Assembly: GCA_965219685.1 (NCBI GenBank)
Contig: CBDCOH010000002.1
Span: 3,232,001 to 3,296,000, forward strand
DNA: 64,000 bases
Source: Candidatus Spongiisociaceae bacterium
GTDB taxonomy: Bacteria > Actinomycetota > Acidimicrobiia > Spongiisociales > Spongiisociaceae
Direction of reading: 5' to 3'
The position numbers and the translations under genes were made by a program. Positions 57,882-64,000 of this stretch are shown here, piece after piece. Positions within the stretch are counted from its first letter, which is position 1. Each line of letters opens with the position of its first letter. The notes beneath the pieces are model-generated. The model made no database searches, had not been told where the DNA came from, and saw only the letters and a list, made by a program, of their open reading frames with translations.

Positions 57882-59684
57882 ATGAGAACGTCGGTACGAC
57901 CTGTAAGGAAACTGGTCATTCTGGCAGCCTTGCTTGCGGTGCTGGCCGCGGCCTGCGGCGAGGACTCAACTATCGAAACAACCGCCGCGCCGGACGAGGC
58001 CCCGGCGACGACCGCGGCCACCACCAGCGCGACAACCGCCGCGGCCGACACAGGCACCCCGACAACCACGGCAGCCGACACGTCCACCGAGACGACCGAG
58101 GCACCGGCCACGACGATGGCAGCCGATTCGGGAGTGGAAGAGGTCACCACGACTGCGCCTGCCGGCCAGGCCCCACCCGGTTCTGTTGTCAGGGTGGCGA
58201 TCGCGCAGGACGAGAGCACCCTCACGCCGTTCACACACATTTCGTCGCCCCCGTTCCTCGATCTCGTCTGGGACAGCCTCCTAATCGCCGACAGCAAGAA
58301 CCAGCTCCGCCCGCTCGTAGCGTCGAGTCTGGACATATCGGCCGACGGCCTGACCTTCACCATGACGATCCGGGAAGGCATGACCTTCCACGACGGCGAG
58401 CCGCTGACCATGGATGACATCCTGTTCACGTTCGAGTACCAGGCGGAGCACGGGTTCCTGCCCGGCATGTTCGAGGTCATCGAATCCGTGGAAGCCGTGG
58501 ACGACACGACTGTGGTCGTGCAACTGTCCCAGACTACGGCCGACTTTGAGCGCGACATGCTGGCGTCCCTCGACATCATTCCGGAGCACATCTTCGCCGA
58601 TGTGGCCGATCCGATGACAGCCGGCATCGAGGTCGCCATCGGCTCCGGTCCGTACCGCATCGCCGAGTACGTGGAAGGCGAGTCGTACGTGCTGACCGCG
58701 CACCCCAACTATCTACTGGGAACACCGAAGGTGGAGACGATCGTGATGCCGATCATCCCCCAACCCTCCGCCGCCTTCGCCGCCCTGCAAACCGGCGAGA
58801 TCGACATGGTGTCTGCGCCGGTCGAGGTGCAGCTTGTCCAACAGTTCGAAGGTACCGAGGGGATCGGGTTGATCAGGGGATCTTCCTTCTCCCCGAAGCT
58901 GATCATATTCAACGCAGAACGTCCCCCCTTCGACCAGGTCGACGTCAGGAGGGCGATCTCCCAGGCCATCGACACCGACGAACTGATGGAGTTCGTGGCC
59001 CTCGGCGTTGCGACACCACCCAACGCCGGGTTCCTCCATCCGGAGTCCCCGCTGGCAACGACGCCGATCCCTCACGTTTACGATCCGGCTGCTGCCGCCG
59101 CTGCTCTAGATGCGATCGGCGCCGCGCCCGGCGACGACGGGATCCGGACCATCGACGGGCAGCGGATGTCCTACGCGCTTCTCGTCGAGGCCATCTACCC
59201 GGACAGCGTCCGCGTCGGCGAGCTCGTCAAGGAAATGCTGTCGGACGTGGGGATCGAAATCACGGTCGAGCCACTGGAGCCGATGACCCTCTACTCGGCG
59301 GTCTGGCCCGGGTTCGACGTGCGCAACGGCAGGGACTTCGAGATGTCGATGTTCAGCTGGCAGCCGATCCTCGCCACCCGCGCCGGTCGCTTCGGGGGGC
59401 TGGTCCACTCGGACACATCTCGGGGAACCCTCAATATAGGAGGCTTCTCGGACGCCGGAACCGATGCTGCCGTCGCCGAGTTGGACAACGCCCTGACTAC
59501 CGAGGACAAGCTTGCGGCTGTCCAGGCGATTACCGAGAAGATCGCAGAGCTCGTACCGTTCATAACCCTGTACTACCCGGACACGGTGTTCGCTTACCGC
59601 CCCGACGCCTTCGACAGCTGGGTGTACAAGGAAGGCCAGGGACCGCTCGATCCGGTTTCGTTCATCGACTACAACGAGTTCTGA
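57882..59684 (+). CDS. ABC family-5 substrate-binding lipoprotein (no adjacent permeases)
   Basis: Lipobox LAAAC, long Thr/Ala linker, FHDGEPLT, GSGPY; paralog of 30262-32049. Confidence 0.9.
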   Translation: MRTSVRPVRKLVILAALLAVLAAACGEDSTIETTAAPDEAPATTAATTSATTAAADTGTPTTTAADTSTETTEAPATTMAADSGVEEVTTTAPAGQAPPGSVVRVAIAQDESTLTPFTHISSPPFLDLVWDSLLIADSKNQLRPLVASSLDISADGLTFTMTIREGMTFHDGEPLTMDDILFTFEYQAEHGFLPGMFEVIESVEAVDDTTVVVQLSQTTADFERDMLASLDIIPEHIFADVADPMTAGIEVAIGSGPYRIAEYVEGESYVLTAHPNYLLGTPKVETIVMPIIPQPSAAFAALQTGEIDMVSAPVEVQLVQQFEGTEGIGLIRGSSFSPKLIIFNAERPPFDQVDVRRAISQAIDTDELMEFVALGVATPPNAGFLHPESPLATTPIPHVYDPAAAAAALDAIGAAPGDDGIRTIDGQRMSYALLVEAIYPDSVRVGELVKEMLSDVGIEITVEPLEPMTLYSAVWPGFDVRNGRDFEMSMFSWQPILATRAGRFGGLVHSDTSRGTLNIGGFSDAGTDAAVAELDNALTTEDKLAAVQAITEKIAELVPFITLYYPDTVFAYRPDAFDSWVYKEGQGPLDPVSFIDYNEF

Positions 59685-59709
59685 GGAGTGAGACCCCAAT
59701 CGGGATTGA

Positions 59710-59742
59710 CGTTGGCGCGGACCTTGCCGGCTCGCGCCAACG
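59710..59742. terminator. 10-bp hairpin between convergent genes
   Basis: CGTTGGCGCG / CGCGCCAACG; no U-tract. Confidence 0.5.
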
Positions 59743-59762
59743 CGAACGGGGTTGCGGGATAG

Positions 59763-61523
59763 TCAGTTCCTGAAGCCCCGCGTGGATCGGTCGAGAGCTT
59801 CGGTCCTCTGGGCATAGATCCCGCCGAGGGCCATCAACTGGTCGTGAGTACCGGACTCGACAACGCGGCCCTCATCCAGAACCACGATACGATCGGCCGC
59901 CTGGATCGTGGAAGGCCGGTGGGCGACCACGATCACGGTCCGGTTTGCCAGCAACGAGGTCATCGCCTCTTGGAGATGCCGCTCGGTTGTAGGATCCAGA
60001 GCAGCCGTAGCCTCATCCAGACACACGATCGGGGTATTGCCGGCCAGTGCACGAGCGATGGCGATCCGTTGGCGTTCCCCTCCGGATAGCTGCTTGCCGC
60101 CCTCACCGATGGGGGTGTCCAAACCCAGCGGGAGGGACTCGATCAGATCCCAGCATTGGGCCGTGCGCGCGACCGAGGCGAGAGCGGCGTCATCGACCTC
60201 GCGTCCTCCAGCTATGGCCTCCCGCACGGTCCCTCCGGGCAGGTAGGTGTCCTGGAGGACGATCGAGAGGACTTCCTCACGCTGATCGGGACTCAGCAGG
60301 TTCAGGTCGATGTTCCCGACGGTGATCCGTCCCGCGTCCGGGTTCCACAATCCCGCGAGCAGATGGAGGATCGTGGTCTTGCCGGCGCCCGATTTGCCGA
60401 CGATGGCAGTTGTGGTCCCGGCCGGTGCCCGGAAACTCACTCCCTTCAGCACGGGCCGATCCTCGGCGTACCTGAACTCCACCCCCTCGAAGGAGACATC
60501 ATGGCCGGTTGGAGCCAGTCCACCACCCGGCACAGGCTGCCGCGGCAGGTCGAGCACCTCGTTTATCCGGTCGAGCGAGGCGGCCGTCGCCGGGATGCCC
60601 CCCGTGTACTCGGCAATGGCCAGTACCGCTCTGATCGCGCCGGCCACCAGGATCAGGAGCGCGACGACAGATGCTGCGTCGATCTGCGACTCGATGTAGC
60701 GCCACCCGGCAACCGCCAGGTTCGCCCCCGCCAGCAGGGATGCCCCGGCGGTGAGCGCCCCGGTGAGCGGGATCGTCCGTCGGACCGAGCGCAGGTTCTC
60801 CGCCCGGTACTCCCGGAGCGAGTCGTCGAGACGGGATGACAGCTCCGACCTGATGCCGAAGGCCTTGGCCACCTCAATGCCCTGGATGAACTCAACCACC
60901 CGCTCGTCCTGGGTGGCTCGCAACTCGCGGCGGTAGGCGATGTGGCGGGCCTGGCGGCGGAGTTTGAATCGAAACCCGACTGCCACGAGCACGAACGACA
61001 GCACCAGCGCAGCGCCCACCACAGGGTCGATCGCGAACACGACCGCCGACAGCACGATCGGCGCGATCGCGGCAGACGTGAATTCAGGAAGCAGCCCCGA
61101 GATGAACGTTTCCACGTCGTCCACATCCCGGTAGACGATCGAGCTGAGTTCGCCTCGCGGTCTCTTGAGAACCACGCCGACCGGCGCTGACCTGATGGCG
61201 GTGACCAGATCCATCCTCAACTGCCGACCCATGTCGTAGCAACCGGCAAAGAGCATCCGGTTACCGGCGCCGGCCGCTAACAGGGCGACTACCACCGATA
61301 ACAGCACGAAGCCTGTTGCAAGCCACACGAAGGGGGTATCGAGCCGACCGGCCACCAGACGCGCCGCCACGACCGCAACAACTACGAGCGTCGCGTGGAT
61401 AGCCAGGGCATGGAGGGTGTACCAAAGGAGCGCTCGACGTACCCGGCCTGCGTTCGCGCCGAGGGCCCTTTGCAGGGGTCCGATGATGACCAGATTCACC
61501 GGCCGACTGTCGCGGACGCTCAT
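59763..61523 (-). CDS. Fused TMD-NBD ABC subunit (YbtQ/IrtB-like), pair 2
   Basis: Paralog of 51603-53378 (RHIAYR..LRA.QDERVVEF.QGIEVAKAFG.RSEL). Confidence 0.88.
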   Translation of the reverse strand: MSVRDSRPVNLVIIGPLQRALGANAGRVRRALLWYTLHALAIHATLVVVAVVAARLVAGRLDTPFVWLATGFVLLSVVVALLAAGAGNRMLFAGCYDMGRQLRMDLVTAIRSAPVGVVLKRPRGELSSIVYRDVDDVETFISGLLPEFTSAAIAPIVLSAVVFAIDPVVGAALVLSFVLVAVGFRFKLRRQARHIAYRRELRATQDERVVEFIQGIEVAKAFGIRSELSSRLDDSLREYRAENLRSVRRTIPLTGALTAGASLLAGANLAVAGWRYIESQIDAASVVALLILVAGAIRAVLAIAEYTGGIPATAASLDRINEVLDLPRQPVPGGGLAPTGHDVSFEGVEFRYAEDRPVLKGVSFRAPAGTTTAIVGKSGAGKTTILHLLAGLWNPDAGRITVGNIDLNLLSPDQREEVLSIVLQDTYLPGGTVREAIAGGREVDDAALASVARTAQCWDLIESLPLGLDTPIGEGGKQLSGGERQRIAIARALAGNTPIVCLDEATAALDPTTERHLQEAMTSLLANRTVIVVAHRPSTIQAADRIVVLDEGRVVESGTHDQLMALGGIYAQRTEALDRSTRGFRN

Positions 61524-63259
61524 GAGGGCACCGGGTGTCTCGTCCAGTCGTTCCAGAGCCGGCGGTACAGGCCATCGACTACGACCAGGTCGTGGTGGGT
61601 GCCCACCTGTACCAACCGGCCACCGTCGATCACCAGGATCTGGTCGGCGTCGACAACGGTCGAGAGCCGGTGCGCGACGATCAGCACGGTCTTGCCTCGG
61701 GCCAGGGTCCAGAGGGCGTCCCGAAGTATCGCCTCGCTGTCGGGGTCGACGAAAGCGGTGGCCTCGTCGAGGATGACCAGCGGTGAGTCATGCAGTATCG
61801 CCCTGGCGATGGCCAGCCTCTGGCGTTCGCCGGCTGACAGGTTCACGCCCCTCGATCCGATCACCGATCGGTAGCCGTCGGGAAGTGCAAGCACCACGTC
61901 GTGCACGTTCGCCTGCCGGGCGGCCTCCTCCACCTGGTCCTGGGAAGCTGCGGGGTCGGCAAGCCTCAGGTTCTCCAGAACCGTGTCCCGGAAGAGGAAG
62001 GTGTCCTGGAAGACGAAAGCCACCTGGCGCATGAGGTGATCGAGCGGGAGATCGCGGATGTCAACCCGGCCGAGGGTGACGCGGCCGGAGTCGACATCCC
62101 AGAATCGTGCTGCCAACCGGGCCAGGGTTGACTTCCCGGCGCCGGTTGGCCCGACGAGCGCGGTAACGGATCCCGCCGGCGCGTGGAATGACACGTCGGA
62201 AAGGACCTCGGAGCGGCCGTAGCCGAAGGAGACGGAGTGGAATCTCAGATCGGAGCCGTGGCTGGGAGGCGGCCCCGATCGCTCCGGCTGCGTTGCCAGG
62301 GTCATGGTCTCGTCGATGACCCCGGCGGCGTAACTGATCTTGTTGAGTTGGAAGTAGATGCGACGCAGGCGGAGGATCGGAAGGCCGTATCCGAGGCCTA
62401 TCACCAGGAAGAAGGCGAGATCAGTGACCGGCGCCAGGTCGGCGACCACAAGCAAGCCGCCTACCGGCAGGATGAGCAGAGCGGGGGCCCGGGTCAGCAC
62501 GAGGTAGGCGGTGCCGTAGGGTGTGAACCGCTCCAGCCACTCGGAGTTCGTGTCGGCCACCTCGTCCACCGCGTCCTTGAGGGTCCGAGGTGGCCGCCGG
62601 GACCGATCCAGCACGGCCGTCGTGAGCAAACCGTCCAAGAGCTCGACCAGCCGGCGGGACATCCTCGCCTCCGCTCGGCTCGTGGCTGCCATGTAGTACT
62701 GGCTCCGCCGGGTTCCCACCATCAGGATCGCGAAGGCGACCCCGGCCACGGCGAAGGTCGCCAGCGCCAGCCGCGCGTCCACCACCACCAGCCACACGGT
62801 GACCACTACCCACGACACGATCGCGGAGACGAACTCGGGGAACGAGTGGGAAACGAATAGCTCGAGCTGTGAGACGTCGCCCACGACGACACCCTGCAAG
62901 TCGCCGCTGTGGCGCCCGGTCACCTTCCCCAGCGGTAGGCGGGTGAAGCGGTTCAGCAGACCCACGCGCAGAGTATGGAGCTGTTCGTAGGCGGCGATGT
63001 GGGAGACGTACATCGCCGCCGACCAGGTGAGAGACTGGAGCGCGGCCAGGACTCCACCCGCAAGGGCATACCAGACGAGCCGTACAGGCTCGCTGCCTTC
63101 GATCACGACCTCGATCGCCAGGTAGAGGAGGAAGAACGGGGCCAACTCCAGGATGCTGCTGACCACCGCCAGTACGGTGGCCACCGTGAGGATTCCGGTC
63201 ACCGACCGATTGAACCTGAGAAGGGTTCGAGTCCCGGTCGTCACCGCCCTGTCCGTCAC
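61520..63259 (-). CDS. Fused TMD-NBD ABC subunit (YbtP/IrtA-like), pair 2
   Basis: Paralog of 53375-55141 (GTRTLL.F, LRRIYF..NKISYAAGV); probable GTG start at 63259. Confidence 0.88.
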   Translation of the reverse strand: MTDRAVTTGTRTLLRFNRSVTGILTVATVLAVVSSILELAPFFLLYLAIEVVIEGSEPVRLVWYALAGGVLAALQSLTWSAAMYVSHIAAYEQLHTLRVGLLNRFTRLPLGKVTGRHSGDLQGVVVGDVSQLELFVSHSFPEFVSAIVSWVVVTVWLVVVDARLALATFAVAGVAFAILMVGTRRSQYYMAATSRAEARMSRRLVELLDGLLTTAVLDRSRRPPRTLKDAVDEVADTNSEWLERFTPYGTAYLVLTRAPALLILPVGGLLVVADLAPVTDLAFFLVIGLGYGLPILRLRRIYFQLNKISYAAGVIDETMTLATQPERSGPPPSHGSDLRFHSVSFGYGRSEVLSDVSFHAPAGSVTALVGPTGAGKSTLARLAARFWDVDSGRVTLGRVDIRDLPLDHLMRQVAFVFQDTFLFRDTVLENLRLADPAASQDQVEEAARQANVHDVVLALPDGYRSVIGSRGVNLSAGERQRLAIARAILHDSPLVILDEATAFVDPDSEAILRDALWTLARGKTVLIVAHRLSTVVDADQILVIDGGRLVQVGTHHDLVVVDGLYRRLWNDWTRHPVPS

Positions 63260-63542
63260 GGCAAGGTCCTCAGGGTTTGCATACGAATGGCACCTTGGCT
63301 GAGTCGAGGTTGAAATGATCGGACACCGGAACCTTCTCGTCGGTGTTGTAGCAGGGTAACCAGCCATGGAGGGCGGCTCGGCAACGTCCTGCCGTCCTGC
63401 TTCGGTCTGGGACCCCTTCGGCCAACCAGATTATAGGGACAACGGGGTCGGCCCGTCTTGTGGCCGACCAGATCAAGAGGGACCTCTGCAGGAACCGAGC
63501 AGCACTACCGGTCGTCCCTTCGCCTGCTCGTGCGCGTGGGGC

Positions 63543-64000
63543 CTAGCCGGAACGTTTCAGGACCCGTCCGGGCCTGGCACCGTTGTGGGTTCCATGCTCG
63601 ACAACCGGTGTCCCACTGACCCAGACCCCATGTATTCCGGCCGGGAAACGGTGTGGTGCTTCGTAGGTGCCCTGATCCATGATCTCGTCGGGATCGAAGA
63701 GCACGAGATCCGCGATGGCGCCCCGCCTCACCACGCCGCGGTCGGCGAGGCCGAAGACCTGCGCCGGGCGCCCGGTCATCTTGTGAACCGCCTGTTCGAT
63801 GCTGAGCAGCCCCAGGTCCCTGGCGTACCGGCCGATGACCCTGGCGAAGGTGCCGTAGAGACGTGGATGGGGCGTACCGTCCAGTGTTGGAACACCGTCA
63901 CTGCCCACCATGATGTCCGGGCGGGCGACAGCTGTCCGGACATCATCTTCGGACATGATGTGGAGGACGACACTCGTGTTGGGCTCCGCTTCGAGGACAG
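63543..64000 (-). CDS. N-acyl-D-amino-acid deacylase family amidohydrolase (C-terminal part)
   Basis: VGSDG...PHPR.YGTF.R, AVHKMTG.PA..FGL.DRG, ADLVLFDP. Confidence 0.88.
   Translation of the reverse strand, partial: VLEAEPNTSVVLHIMSEDDVRTAVARPDIMVGSDGVPTLDGTPHPRLYGTFARVIGRYARDLGLLSIEQAVHKMTGRPAQVFGLADRGVVRRGAIADLVLFDPDEIMDQGTYEAPHRFPAGIHGVWVSGTPVVEHGTHNGARPGRVLKRSG

Noticed and set aside
57960-58180. Thr/Ala/Glu/Pro low-complexity repeats in binding proteins (also 30330-30490)
   Set aside because: Ordinary flexible linkers of actinobacterial lipoproteins.

Overview
High-GC bacterial DNA, most consistent with an actinobacterium. An Acidimicrobiia-like lineage is an inference from the lipoproteins with Thr/Ala-rich linkers and the many LLM, Mo-hydroxylase and ABC genes. 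The window holds about 50 genes. (i) 1-13 kb: sugar/redox catabolic genes, a truncated globin, a complete IS1380 element and a sugar ABC operon whose binding protein carries an apparently exact 924-bp internal duplication. (ii) 13.6-18.9 kb: a defence-like patch with a ThsB-like TIR gene converging on a 3-TM gene, and two ATPase genes each preceded by its own iteron-like tandem array. (iii) Two SLC13/RCK_C transporters behind a probable Na+ riboswitch. (iv) 27-49 kb: a catabolic island (peptide-type ABC, LLMs, Mo-hydroxylase MSL plus an orphan large subunit, nitrilase-DUF2848 fusion, double cupin, Rieske ferredoxin, QE-type P450). (v) HipBA plus higA with an internally deleted higB. (vi) Two paralogous YbtPQ/IrtAB-like ABC pairs flanking nitrilase, serine hydrolase and an orphan binding protein. 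The most novel signal is a diverged intergenic element of about 200-270 bp present three times (8.7, 27.1, 49.1 kb). It has conserved hairpins with G-U pairs on the + strand and a conserved RecA-NDp/PafBC-like promoter, making it a candidate multicopy, damage-inducible structured RNA. All calls come from reading motifs by eye; no searches were run.
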